Positions 27,366-41,409 of a DNA stretch of 64,000 bases are shown here, piece by piece. This DNA comes from Eledone cirrhosa (taxonomy: Eukaryota): contig OZ024743.1 in NCBI GenBank assembly GCA_964016885.1, positions 22,692,001 through 22,756,000 on the forward strand, read 5' to 3'. Numbering within the stretch: the first letter of the stretch is position 1; each line of letters opens with the position of its first letter. The position numbers and the translations under genes were made by a program. The notes beneath the pieces are model-generated. The model ran no database searches. It was given only the letters and a program-made list of their open reading frames with translations, and was not told where the DNA came from.

Positions 27366-27565
27366 TAAAATAACAACAACTACAACAATAATAAATAATA
27401 GTAATATCAACAAGATTTAAATGAAAACCGTGCAGTTTCTATTATTAGTTTTTTTTTTCTTGAATGTTCTCCTGCCAACTTTCGTTTTCTCTCTCTATCT
27501 TCATCTCCATCTTTCTCAATCTTTCACATACTCATTCACTCATATAAACTTTCTCTCTCTCTCTC

Positions 27566-27656
<91 letters not shown>

Positions 27657-27988
27657 TTCTTTCTCTCCCTCTCTTTCTTTCTCTAATGTGCCTTCTCGTC
27701 ATATGTTCTCCCAATACAGTCCCTTCATGTTATGTCTGTCTATCTCACCTCTATCTCAAGTAGAAAGTGTGCTTCTGTTTTCGTTTTCATTTATAAGTTG
27801 TTGGTCTGTTTTATCCTCATCTCGTTACCCCTATCGTTTGTCCCACCCCTATCTCCCCACCGACATCTCCCTCTTTTTCCATCCCTTGTAATTAATATGT
27901 CTCATTCAACAGTGCGCCTGCACATACACACATTCACAAACACAGAAACAAAATAAAACTAAACAAACACACACACATATACGTAGAA

Positions 27989-28070
<82 letters not shown>

Positions 28071-28118
28071 CAGAGACACACTCACACACGCATGTATAGA
28101 ACATACAGAAGTGCATGT

Positions 28119-28271
<153 letters not shown>

Positions 28272-28288
28272 TATGTATATATACATAT

Positions 28289-28332
<44 letters not shown>

Positions 28333-28411
28333 CTATATGTACATATATACATACGTACATACATAGACACACACACATATATCTCTCTCTCTCTCTATCT
28401 ATCTCTCTCTA

Positions 28412-28461
<50 letters not shown>

Positions 28462-28639
28462 TACAGCACATACACATGGACACATCTATGCATATATATA
28501 TTTATAGACATGTATAAATATATATATGTATATCTATATACATAAGAGCATGACAAGTATAATAGGAAGTACTATGTGTATATGTAAACATAGTTACAAG
28601 AGATAGTATAATAAATCAAGACAAAGTAAATAAATATAT

Positions 28640-28702
<63 letters not shown>

Positions 28703-28777
28703 ACAAATGCGATGCTATCAACAAGAGAAACAATTATACATACACGGACAAACGTACACACGTACACACAGAAACAG

Positions 28778-28888
<111 letters not shown>

Positions 28889-29183
28889 CGTATATATATA
28901 TACACACATATTTCTATCTATCTTTCTTTCTTTCTCTCTCTCTCTATATATATATATTTATATACAAACATTCATACATCCATGCACACATATATACACA
29001 TTCATACAGACACATACGCATGTATACATATATACGTACATACATATATATATACGTACACACGTACATAAACGAATGAATGAATTAATAAATTTGTAAA
29101 CTCACTAATGTATAAAATTCATAGAAATTTACAGAAATCTGTTAAATAAATCCACCCACATATAAAGAAGAAAGAAAACTTAC

Positions 29184-30585
29184 CGATTTCATCTTCTAAA
29201 TCGTGTATCTCCTGCATCAGCTCTCGGCGTACTCTATCCTCGGCCGACATGTTTTCGGTGGCTAATGGCGCCAGCTGGGAGTTATTCAACACCTCCTCTG
29301 CCGTCTTTTCACTGTTGATGCGATTCAGCTCTCTTGACATGCGCGCGTTTTTAGCTTCCAGTTCCGTCATTTTTCGGCGGTGCTCTGCAGCCTCCTTCTC
29401 TAACTGCTTCACCTTTTCGGCGTCACGTGATGCGGCCAATCTATCTTGGTTACTATTTGTAGAAGGAATGCCAGGAACTTTGTCTGTTCCTTCTGCCGGC
29501 GAACCAATTTTACAACCGCCGATATTAATGCTGATACCACGGCTACCACTTACTGAAGCTACATCGCCTATTCTGTCAGTTCTTGTTGCTGTCGGACTTC
29601 CGATGACTGGACTCATTATAGTATGCTTGCTACTCGGGCTGATCATATCGTCAGTCTTGCTGCCGATATAAGTAGGCGTTAGGGGTAGCTTAAAGGTCTC
29701 TTTGCTCATCTTGCGTACATCCTCACACATTAATCTCACCTTACTGTTTAGTTCTTTATTATCGAACTCCAGCTTCTTTACTAATGCTTTTAGTTCTACA
29801 TTTTCTAAAGCAGCATCGTCTGCTGTCACAGTTGGTACTTTATGAGAGACTTGGAATTGAAGTTTACGATTTTCTCTGATATAACGCTCATTTTCTGATT
29901 CAATTTTCACCAGCTTGTCCCTTAATATACTCGCCTCTTGCTGAACATGATTCAGCTGACGATTAAGATCTACAACCTGGTTATCACTGTCTAGTGACCG
30001 ACTCTTTTTCAAGCGGTTCTGCTTTGTATTTATATTCTGAACTAAAGCCGAAAGTCTCTCGATTTCTCTGTCCTTTTCGATAAGCTTCCATTTAAGTTCA
30101 TCGGTTTCTTCAGTTAACTCTCGTATCTTGTCTTCGTAGTAGGCATTCGGCGTGGTTGGTTCGGGAACTTTGTTCATTTCTTGTTCTTTTTCGTCTATAC
30201 GTTTCTCTAAATATTTTACTTCTTCCTGGAGGCTGTCATTCATATGGTCTAATTCAGCCACCTTACGGCGAGCTATAGCGTTTTCTCGTTCACTCATCTC
30301 GAGCATCAAGTTTAATTCAATTTCTTTAGCTGCCGAACCAGCTTCATCAGATTTTTTGGTGAAAATAGTTTTGGCTGCCATCAGCTTTTTAATTTGCAGA
30401 GTAAGACTCTCATTTTCCTCTTCAAGATCTGATAGTTTCTTACGCATGTTTTTGGCCTCCAGTTCTGTGAATTTCATCTGCTCTTTGAGGTCATTTTCTC
30501 TCTCTAAAGTATCGTATAATTCTCGCATCAGCTGCTGTGGCTCGGTTTCACTGCTACTTTGTTTTGGAAGTTGACCCAACATTAC
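29184..30585 (-). CDS. Large internal coding exon of a coiled-coil protein, SOGA/MTCL1-like family
   Basis: The 487-aa ORF 29119-30582 has non-repetitive, E/K/L/R-rich heptad sequence. Acceptor ttttcttttcctgcag|GTAATG at 30586/30585 (phase 0); donor GAAATCG|gtaagt at 29184/29183 (phase 1). Motifs DLKEQMKFTELEAKNMRKK and KSRSLDSD..VDLNRQLNHVQQEASILR recall SOGA-domain repeats (from memory, not searched). Confidence 0.85.
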
Positions 30586-31115
30586 CTGCAGGAAAAGAAA
30601 GAAAGCAATTGTATGTGTTGTTGGTGAAAATATTGACGATTACTTTTATTATTGGTTTTGATTCTATAGAGAAATCGAAGGAGCAACAAACCAAGATACA
30701 GAGGGAGATATCTGAAAGGTATGCAGCCAGGACACGACGACAAATAATATATATATATAAGCAAAGAGATATTTAATTTGTTGGTTATTCAACAAATTTA
30801 TTTATAACAGATTCGAAGCACTCTAGAGGATTCTTCTGGGGTATATCAATGACATTAATACGTGGAAACTATCTTTATAAAATCATATTTATTTTATTAT
30901 ATATATTTCAATGATACCAAAGTTTGTGTGTGTGTGTGTGTGTGTATTTATATATTTATATACAGAGGGAAAGAGAGAGAATGAAGAAATTAATTATAGT
31001 TTGGAGAATTAAGAAAAATAAAGGAAGATATTAGAAGTGAAGATTAGTAAAAAAACGCCTATCATCGATGATTAACTTGGGAGATACAAACATATATATA
31101 TATATATATTCTATT

Positions 31116-31268
31116 CTAGGGCGGGTAAAATTCCCGAGAACCATGGACGAGTTCTCTCCAGCGGTCTGTATCCCACTGCCATGTCCTGCGTCTCCAACAG
31201 ACCAGTGTCTGTCCTTAGGGCATCAACATACGTTAACCTTGGTATTCCTCTTCTAGTGTGTCCATGTA
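31116..31268 (-). mobile_element. Short 3'-end copy of the same RTE family
   Basis: Aligns by eye with 34412-34572 (ggcgggtaaaattcccgag...gtgtgtccatgta); it also ends next to (TA)n. Confidence 0.9.
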
Positions 31269-31706
31269 TATACAAAAATACAAAAGTTTCCCTCTTCCAG
31301 CTTTGGCTTCTTGCATATTTTGCATGCTAAGTGTGTTGTCTATTTCATTTTTCTGTTCATTCTTTGTTTTGTTATCGTTTTACATGTAAAACGATAACAA
31401 AGCAGTTCCCTAATATATTGCGTAAGCTGGAGTTACGATTGCAATGTCACTTTAACTCGTGAAATTACATGCCAGCTAGTTGGCTGACGAGGTAGAGATG
31501 TAGCTGTCTGTTCATCTTATGTAACTGTTTTTCTATGTGCATCTGATGATAGTATATATATATATATAGTCCGGATCTAGTTGTCGAAACGGCCGGAGCT
31601 CAGCCGCCGGGGTCCTGACTTTTTTCCTATTACCCACTCTACTACCGTAAGTATCGAGTACTCTGGTGCGTTATGGTCTACCTGGCATCTTACCACACCT
31701 TCTTTA

Positions 31707-31834
<128 letters not shown>

Positions 31835-32048
31835 GAGATGAGCGGAAGGAGTAAATATTAAACATTCTTTTAAAATAAATTAAAATACAATTTAAATATT
31901 CACAAATGTCCGAATTTCTTTTACCGACGGTTTCGCCTCACAAAAGATTGGAAATCCAAATTAATACCATTGAACAACAACTGTATTATAGACACCCTAT
32001 ACATTTCCGTGGGTACTTAGTACCTGTGGGGATATTAATCTCATTTTA

Positions 32049-32090
<42 letters not shown>

Positions 32091-32386
32091 TTTATGATAT
32101 AAATTGGTGACTCGCTGGAGTTGCTTATGCAACATTCTAATCAATACAATAAGCACTCATGTAATTTGTGTCTAACAGTCAACGTTATTTCTATTTTTCA
32201 ATTCAGAGCTGAGTATACGTCCATGACTGAGTATACGTTCAATAATAGTAATCACTTCTTCAGATAGCCTTTTATGTAAGATATTTATTATGAAATATAT
32301 TTCTAATGCAATGCATACTATTGATATGGAGACGGAAGTATATTCGATATTGCTCTGCCTATATATCGGCTTACCTCAAACACACT

Positions 32387-32539
<153 letters not shown>

Positions 32540-32861
32540 ATGTATGAAAATATATATATATATATATAACTAGCAATCACGCAATCACGTAATCTCTTTC
32601 TCTCGCTATTCTCCATTCTTTCTCGATATTATATAGACCCTGAATCCGAACTGTAGGTACATTTGGAAATTCTCTTTATTATACCCGATACGATAAGGTT
32701 GGATGCAAATATCAAGATCTATTGTCTAAAGGTCTTGTGTTATCGTATGCTCACACTATTCTCACCCATATAACTTGATATCTGATGTTTTGTAATATTA
32801 CCTTTATTTTAATGATCCAGCTGCTTTACACTACCACTAACTTTAACAACTCAAACATACC

Positions 32862-33090
32862 TTAACCCATTAGCATTTAAACCAGCCATATCCGGCCAGA
32901 ATTCCCTCACCTCTTTCTCTTCAAACCGGCTGTAACCAGCCGCTCATACTGACGTTAAAGTACTTTTCTCAAAATAAACAACATCAAAACCTCGTAGATT
33001 CAATATTATGTGAGATAATTATGTAAGATAAAAACTGTACCACAAAAACACAATAGTATATATAGAGTAATGTAAATGGTAAAGAGTTAA
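32862..33090. mobile_element. TTAA-flanked MITE (piggyBac/Kolobok-type ends)
   Basis: Imperfect TIRs ttaa-cccattagcattta ... taaatggtaaagag-ttaa. Confidence 0.55.
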
Positions 33091-33635
33091 AAAGCCGGCG
33101 ATTTACCCCACAAAAAAGTTACTTAAGTGCTGCATATGAAGCTAATCAGTCTACGGAAACTATTTTTTTAAATGTTATGAAGAATTGTGTGCAATGACTG
33201 ATCGTGTTTGATGACAGATCAAATATGATGAAAAGCAAAACAACACTGGAACATTTTATTTCAATTACTGATTAAACTTATTTAGCATACAAAATTAAAT
33301 TAAACAAAGATCACTGAGCGTTCAGTCATGTGCGCTAGTGGGTAGAGAGAGTAAAAGTCCAAAGATGCATGCGTAACAAATCTTTGCACTAGAAGGAAAG
33401 ATGTTATAAGTGCATTAATCAATTAATCACCGTCTTGTGTCTATATATATATATATATATATAAACAATGTATAGCTATACTTATAAATATATATATATG
33501 AAGTAATTCCGTCGGAAAGGTACAGGAGAAAAGAGTACTCTATGCAGGCTACAGAGCTTATTAGTTATGTAAACATCTGCTTTCAAGAAACCACTGATAA
33601 ATGAAATAATTATCTTATGTTGTTTATTACATAAC

Positions 33636-33701
<66 letters not shown>

Positions 33702-33709
<8 letters not shown>

Positions 33710-34375
33710 ATACTTTGGGAGGGTCGTGTTGCCAATAAGAAACACACGCACCAGTTGCTTTCACTTCAATTTATTATAAATTAAATTTATAAATTTAGGA
33801 ATTTATAAATTTCCGGTTGGTTGGTTGTGGAACCAACCAACCAATCGGAAATATATTGTCAAAGTTCTTTCGTCACACATTCTGTGATCTCTTCAGTGAC
33901 TGGCAATAAACATAAATGAACTCCAACCAAAATTAAATAGAAAACATGAATGGAACAGCAACAACTTACAATTAAGGACAAAATGAAAATACACACACAC
34001 ATAGAACAAACAACCAACCAGTAACATGTAAATAAACAAATAAATAAACAAATATAAACACACACAGACACCTGGATGTAACACATGCGCAAACTAAGCA
34101 CACAACACACACAAAAACAAGATGGCGTAGGATAGAACAAAGGAGAGGCACAAAAACAAAGAAAAGAATCCCCAATCATCTGGTTGTGGAACCAACCAAC
34201 CGGAAATTTATAAATTCCTAAATTTATAAATTTAATTTATAATAAATTGAAGTGAAAGCAACTGGTGCGTGTGTTTCTTATTGGCAACATGACCCCCCCC
34301 CCCCCCAAAGTATAACAATATCAGTTTCAACACACGTTTTCAGATAAAGAATCTTGCTAAACAAATTCAGAAACG

Positions 34376-34378
<3 letters not shown>
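33702..34378. mobile_element. Doubly rearranged inverted-repeat cassette, family I
   Basis: Arms at about 33702-33826 and 34190-34321; collinear relative at 8610-8917. Confidence 0.75.
33858..33900 (-). ncRNA. Minimal hammerhead variant with CUU triplet (family I); decayed homologue at about 8713-8755 (+)
   Basis: guca-CUGAAGA-gaucaca-gaaug-ugugac-GAAAG-AA-CUU-ugac. Confidence 0.65.
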
Positions 34379-34411
<33 letters not shown>

Positions 34412-34413
<2 letters not shown>

Positions 34414-36090
34414 AAGGCGGGTAAAATTCCCGAGATCCATGGACGAGTTCTCTCCAGCGGTCTCTGTCCCTCATTATCGCTGCAATGTCCTGCGTCTCCA
34501 ACAGACCAGTGTCTGTCCTTAGGGCATCAACATACGTTAACCTTGGTCTTCCTTTTCTAGTGTGTCCATGTAGGGGCTCCCAAAGGAGCACTGAGTGCAA
34601 TGTCAACTCTGGATGTCGGTGAGCATGTCCAGCTAACCTCAGTCTCCTCTGTGTCACTTTTGAGCTGATTTTTGGGATGCTCCCATACAGCTCTGAGTTT
34701 TTCATCCTCAGTGTATACTGATTAATGTTCAGAGCCATCCTCAGCATTCTCGTGTAGCACCCATCCACCATCTGAGTGAGTTTCTTGGTCAGTGTCCAAG
34801 TCTCAGCCCCATACAGCAGCACAGACTCCCCTACAGCAATGAAGAGGCGGATTTTCAGGTCTCTACGAAGGTCCGACTTCCACACCGATATCAAGCTGTG
34901 GCACGCCGCCCAGGCCTTGCTCTTCCTCTCAACCACATCATCTTCCGTATTCCCAATCTTTGCTCCCAAATACAGGAAGCCCTCAACCAATTCTAGCGGC
35001 TTCCCGCCTACATTAGTGATCCCCTCTGGCTTCTCAACATTCTCTACCAGATATTTTGTTTTAATCTCATTCATTCTCAGCCCCACACTCATCGACACAG
35101 TCTCAACCTCCCGCATCAAATCCTCTGCCTCCTTCATTGTATTTGTCACCAAAACTATGTCGTCAGCAAATTCAGCATCCGATACATTTTTCGCCCTAAC
35201 TCTCCTGCTCTGAGCCGGTGCTACAGTAAAGCCAGAGTCCTGGTGTTTCTCCAGTGCAAAGCGCATACAATAGTCCACTACGATGATAAAAAGGTAGGGA
35301 GCCAATGTATCTCCTTGGAGCACTCCAGCCAGTATCTCAAAGAACTCTGTCATCCCATCAGGTGTAATGACTTGGGCTTTGGTGTTGGTGTAGAGCAGTG
35401 ATATCAAGTCCACTATCTTCTTGGGGATTCCATAAGCCTGAAAGATCGTCATCAGGCAGTAACGGTCCACGGAATCAAAGGCCTTCCTAAAGCCAATGAA
35501 AACCATGACCGCAGGAAGGCACTTTGCTCTAGCTCCCTCTAATATCCTCCTCAGCATCAGGATGTGACTGGTGGTTGATCTACCCTCTCTGAAGCCGTTC
35601 TGGTTGTCCCTGAGCTTCTTCTCCATCTCAGGCTGGATCCTGTTAAGAATCATCCTGTTGAGGGTCTTTGCCACAAGTGACGTCAGTGAGATCCCCCTGT
35701 AGTTGTTGGTGTTAGAGAGATCTCCTTTCTTTGGCACTGGGACGATGTTACTGATCCTCCACTGATTCGGAGCAACTCCTTTCTCCAGTGCCCCGTTACA
35801 GAACCCCAGGATGATATCATCAAAATCACACCTCTTCATCACCTCTGATGCCACTCCATCTTCTCCATGAGCCTTGCCCTCCTTGATCCTCTGAAGCTCT
35901 CTGAAGCTCCTCTCTGGTGAAGGGCTCTGTCTCAACATCCAGTTCCCATAACATCCGCCTGATCTCCCCAGTGCTCTGGGCTGTGGAGGGTGGCTCTCCT
36001 AGTAGGGTCCTAAAATGGTCTAGCCATTTCCTCTTCCTATCCTCGGGCCCCGTTCCCTGGATCTGACTCGAACACCTTCTCTTCCTCCCT
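34412..36090 (-). mobile_element. 5'-truncated RTE-clade LINE retrotransposon (RT domain plus C-terminus)
   Basis: ORF 34412-35938 contains NYRGISL, QNGFREGRST, (D>G)FRKAFD, GVLQGDTLAPYLF, FADD, FLYLG, RRLRLAGH and GRPRLTY. Coding continues upstream across a frameshift (KWLDHFRTLLG). The stop codon abuts a (TA)n tract and the APE domain is missing. Confidence 0.95.
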
Positions 36091-36096
36091 ATATAT

Positions 36097-36378
36097 AATA
36101 GTTAACAAGGAATCAGTAATTCATCAAAGCACAATTTATGAACATATTATATATGTTTGTTCGTCGATCAGCTCAAGGTAGGATCTGTTACAGATCCTCA
36201 GATATGTGTTGCGTTTTCAAAATCGAATGGAATGCTTTGAAAACGCAAGACATATCTGAGGAACTTGCGAATGCAGAGTCGGGTTCGATCTGTAACAGAT
36301 CTTGCCTTGAGCTGATCGACGGAGAAACATATGTAATATGTTAATAAATTGTGTTTTGAATTACTGATTCCTCGTTAT

Positions 36379-36382
<4 letters not shown>
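36097..36382. mobile_element. Inverted-repeat cassette, family B
   Basis: Imperfect arms at about 36097-36222 and 36236-36382; the left arm has a deletion in helix II. Confidence 0.75.
36251..36340 (+). ncRNA. Type I hammerhead ribozyme candidate, long helix II (family B)
   Basis: cauau-CUGAGGA-[61 nt]-GAAAC-AUAU-GUA-auaug; perfect 5-bp helix I and palindromic loop III. Confidence 0.8.
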
Positions 36383-36465
<83 letters not shown>

Positions 36466-36550
36466 AATTTAAGTGGAAAAAACCTCTAGTTATAGGAGTA
36501 TAAACCAGACAGACCAAAATAACTTTAATCTATCTTACTTATATTTCTAT

Positions 36551-36621
36551 CTCGCTACCATGGTTTCAGCAACTATTGGAAAAGACCAATATTTGAAGAA
36601 TTCATGAATTCATCAGGGAAG
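36551..36621 (-). ncRNA. Type I hammerhead ribozyme candidate (family J)
   Basis: cuucc-CUGAUGA-[42 nt including hairpin uauugg/ccaaua]-GAAAC-CAUG-GUA-gcgag. Confidence 0.6.
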
Positions 36622-36790
36622 TATTCTTCAATATAAAGAGACCATTATTTATCATGAAATTCCACACACCAGTTGCCGATCCATAGGCACATAGATATAT
36701 ATGTCTTTAAATGTATGTGAGGTGAGTGTATAAGATTATCCTCCGTGTTTCTGTGTACAGAGTAAGATTTGAAATTATATATGTGTGTGA

Positions 36791-36892
<102 letters not shown>

Positions 36893-38809
36893 CTCTTCTT
36901 ACTATATCAAGCGTTAAATTACACATATTTCCATTGTACTGTACCATTCTGCTCTGTTGTTTATCCGTTTACTTTTCGCATACACACATATATATTTGTA
37001 CACACAAACGCACACACACACACACAAACATATATATATATATATATATATACACATACACATACACATGCATGTATATTTTTTTGTTGGTTTGACTGCA
37101 CCCATACTGGGGCACCAACTTCAAGTCTTCAGACCCTCGTATCCAATTTTATGTCTGAGACATATTTTATCGATCACTTTGTCAAACTGCTAGGTTACGG
37201 CCCATAAATAACCAACGACAATGTTTAATGGGCGTCAACCTAAAGACATACACACGCAAACATACATATGTGGAGAAACATTTATTTTTTCAAAAGTTCT
37301 CAGTCATTGTTAAAGAGTACAATTGGATCTAGCTCCTGCTGTAGAAGTGTCTTCTTCTATAGGCTCGGGTTGATAAATACCATGTTAGTGGAATTTGATA
37401 GGCAGATGCTTCAGAGGTCTATCATATATAAAATGAATGTATGCATGTGTGTGTTCCAGTGTCTGTGTTTACATTTGTGCTTGCATCTATTTATGTCGAG
37501 TAACCTAGCGGTTCGACAAAAAGAACTAGATAACATAGCTACAGGACTTGACAAAATTAGGAATGAGGTGGATATGATCGACAAAATCAACTTGGTGCCT
37601 CAGCATGACCGCAGTCTAATGATTAAAACAAGTAAAAGCAAAAGTAAATATCTGTTGTTTTAACGCACTAGTACTTTAAATGAACACGGTCATTCATAAA
37701 AGAGTAGTTACTGACTTTTTTCAGTAATGTGTAAATGAAGAATTATACGCTGCAACGATGTTCGTGGCTCTTAGATGCACATTCATAAACATTGTGGGAG
37801 GCATGAGAAATAGTTGCAACGAAACATTCCTTCGTGTGATGCTTATTTCCTATTCTATTGCGCTCGGTTTTAATGTAATTAATTAACCATAAAAACGCTA
37901 CACATGGAACAATGTATATTTCTGCTAAACAAATTTACTCTTTTATATGTATTCACAATTATTACCATTACTGAAAAAATAGATATGCATTACTGAAGGT
38001 TGTTTGCATGCCTTCATCACTTATAAAATTACGTTTTCAAGATAAGCGAATATTCTTAACTTCCGAGAGAAATTTCAAAGTAAATGAAGAAAATACGCCA
38101 GCAACCTGTTTACAAGAGAGCTTACGAACAAAACATTTTTTTAAAAAAATAATTTGGAATTTCTATTTATTTTTACTCCAAGTATAAAATTACCTTTTTG
38201 TTAAATGTTTTCCTTGAAGTCAAACGCAAGGATAAGAGATGCATGTTTTACAATATACCACAATCAAAATATACATTAACAACCACTGCCCACTATAGTA
38301 TTAAAACGATCAGTATACCAATAATTAAAAAAAGTTTAATCTTCTAAATTCCACATTTTAGACATGATAACTAATACTCCCTTAGTTCCTTTCCAAAATA
38401 TACTTAGTTCTAACGTAGGACTATTAAGAATGCAAAATAAATATTTATATTTACAGACAAAACTAAAACCCTTTATGAAGTAGAAAATACCACTAATAAA
38501 CAATTATTTAATAATGATATCAAAAATTCCAATTGACTAAAATTGAAACACAAACTCTAGTAAAAACATTTAAATAGATAAAAGGGTAGACTCTTTATTT
38601 AAACATAAGACGTAAATGTTGAGTAAAGACCACGAAGTGAATTTTGGCTCTAATACAAAGTGAAGATCAATTAATCCAGTAAAACCTGAAATTTAAGCAC
38701 TTAAAAATACAGAATCTAGAGTAAAACTATTACAAAAGCTATCATAAACGTCGCCATTCATCCATAATTTTTTAAAAACCTAATCATTAACATTAGTAGT
38801 AGGATCACT

Positions 38810-39200
38810 GAACTTCCATCTATTGGTATTGGAGAGAAGGCAAGCTTAAGTAGAATTACATCAACTACACAGCATCCTTGGGATGGTGAATGAAGATGTA
38901 TACAACATCATTAGCGTGTTGCAGCTGGCACTTAAAAGGGCATGTTACTGACATTTCCATGAAAGGCTGGATTGGTTAACCACTAGAAGCATAATGAGCG
39001 GTAGATAAGGACTTCCGAATGCTCAACATGTAATAAAAGGTGCGGACCAAACTCAGATTTGACAAGGTAATTTAGCATGTTACATAACAATAGCAATCAA
39101 GGAATGCGGATGGGGATGCCATGCACCTGTGAGATCTGTAATAAAGCCATATGCTCAACTGTGGCAGGCTTTAAGCAGAATTTCTTTAGCTCAAAACGGA
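38810..39200 (+). mobile_element. Possible old RTE-like LINE 3' remnant
   Basis: Non-repetitive island with decayed L.W..H and [14 protein letters not shown] zinc-finger-like translation; many stops. Confidence 0.35.
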
Positions 39201-39266
39201 GAAACTTCACATATAGTAGGAAAGAGATCACACTCGGCAGTGAGAGGGTTTGCATGTGTGTGTACA

Positions 39267-39434
<168 letters not shown>

Positions 39435-39653
39435 GGAACGATCGACTTTCGTCAAATCGGACCGAGGGAACAATGTTTTCGTTGGTCTTTCCAATTGCTA
39501 ATACTATCTATCGGTCGCAACTACAGGTAGAAGGAGCAACGTGAAATAAAGTGTCTTGCTCAAGGACATAACGCATCACGTGGTCCAGGAATCGAACTCA
39601 CAACCTTACGATTGCGAATCCAATTCTCTAACCACTCAGCCACACGCCTTCAC
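39435..39653 (-). mobile_element. tRNA-derived SINE family 2
   Basis: Reverse complement of 13291-13520. Confidence 0.8.
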
Positions 39654-39654
39654 T

Positions 39655-39695
<41 letters not shown>

Positions 39696-41409
39696 CTGTG
39701 TGTGTGTGCGTGTGTTCGTGTGTGTATGTGTGTGTGCGTGTGTATTTGTGTGTGTATGTGTCTATACATGCATGTGTGTGTCTGTGTTTGTATGTTTGTA
39801 TGTTTGTATTGATTAAAACATAGATAGAAACTGTGTCAGCATGTAATATGATATTATAAATGATAATATAAATGGTGTTACGAAATTTAGTACGGATTTG
39901 CTTCTGTCATAAAAGAAAAAAAACATAATAAAAATGTAAAGATAAAAACAGACTAATGTTAACAGCATTATCAACAACAACACCAAAATTATGTAGCAAA
40001 TACATAAACAAAAACTACTATAATAAAATGTCTGCTGATATTTTTTTTTCTTTACTGATTTATTTTTTCATTTATTTTTTCCTCAATGAAATATTTCGTT
40101 CCCCATCACATGATGTAATTTGCCAACCGTGGTTATTGTATACGGCAAAATATCCTTAAGACGCTAATCACATAAAAAGTGAGAGGAGATATGGAAGGAA
40201 GAAAACAAGAAACTGAACATTGATGAAGCGTCTTCTAGAAATAAAAGTAACTAACCAATTCCTATTTATTTTTAACCGCGAATTCCTTTCATTTACAGCT
40301 TAGTAGTAGGCAGCATTTGACGTCAGCAAAAATACTCTCACGTTTATCAGATAGAATATATACACCTCCGCACCTCATAGATACTAGGGAGTTTCTAAGT
40401 TGTTATTCAACATGCTAGTAATAGCAGCCAAATCGCCCTCAGATTACACCCTGCTGTTTTTAAAGAAAGGAAGGGTACATTAAATAATGTAGTCCTATGT
40501 GGGATGATCATATTTGGAACGTCTTTGATCATAGTTCCATTCGATCAAAGTTCACCTGAACCTACAGAACATATAAAAACAAAATATTCATGTTACATAA
40601 AAAACGTATTCTGAATAATTGCAGCTAATCCACATTTAAGAGCTCAATACATTGTGAAAGTCTAGTGTATGTGTATGTTGTAGACAAAGTGCTCTTTAGA
40701 GATATTTCCCCTTATTCATCTTGTTAGTATACGCAATTAGTGTCCCTTCATTCCATCTATTTCTATATACATACGTCATCTCTACGCTTTGAATAAACGT
40801 TACTTATGAGATCTAACCAGACCGAAACATGCCCGTGGCTTCTAGCAGTTGGATTTTAAGGAAGAACTACTCTTAGCTACGGTGCTTTTATTTTCCAAAA
40901 ATTTGGATTAGTTGTTATTTTCAGAGTTATCGCCATTGTTTGTTTTTATTAGATTTAAAACAGTTAGACAGTTTTTATATTCTAATTGCAAGGCTAATTT
41001 CCGTTACACGAAATGTTTAACACACTATGTTAGACTCATGCACATTTATATATGTTTATACATGCACGTATGTGTGCATATGTATGTGTGTGATTATGCT
41101 ATATTTTCTAATGGTTCGATTCAATTTGTTTCGTAAAGGAGTAGTTTTCTAATGTTACAAAAGTAATGCATATTTTTACTCTTCCGTTTATTAACTGCAT
41201 TTGCAAAGTACGTGTAAGCTTGTCACTTTTGATTGAAAAACATAGCTTATAGTAACACAGCCACGTGCATTAATGATTATAAAAACAAATGTAACGATGT
41301 ATTATGTGTAGATAAGCCATATGTTTCAAAGCAGCTGTCCATAAATATTCCTTTTCTCGCTAATTTAAAAATAAATGTTGATATGTGTAGGTTCTGATCT
41401 CTATAACAG

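Noticed and set aside
29119-29183. C-terminal tail of the 487-aa ORF (KFSFFFICGW...)
   Set aside because: Read-through into the intron beyond a consensus gtaagt donor.
34412-35938. Active or domesticated reverse transcriptase gene
   Set aside because: It is 5'-truncated, frameshifted near 35900 and has a catalytic Asp replaced (GFRKAFD); an ordinary dead copy.
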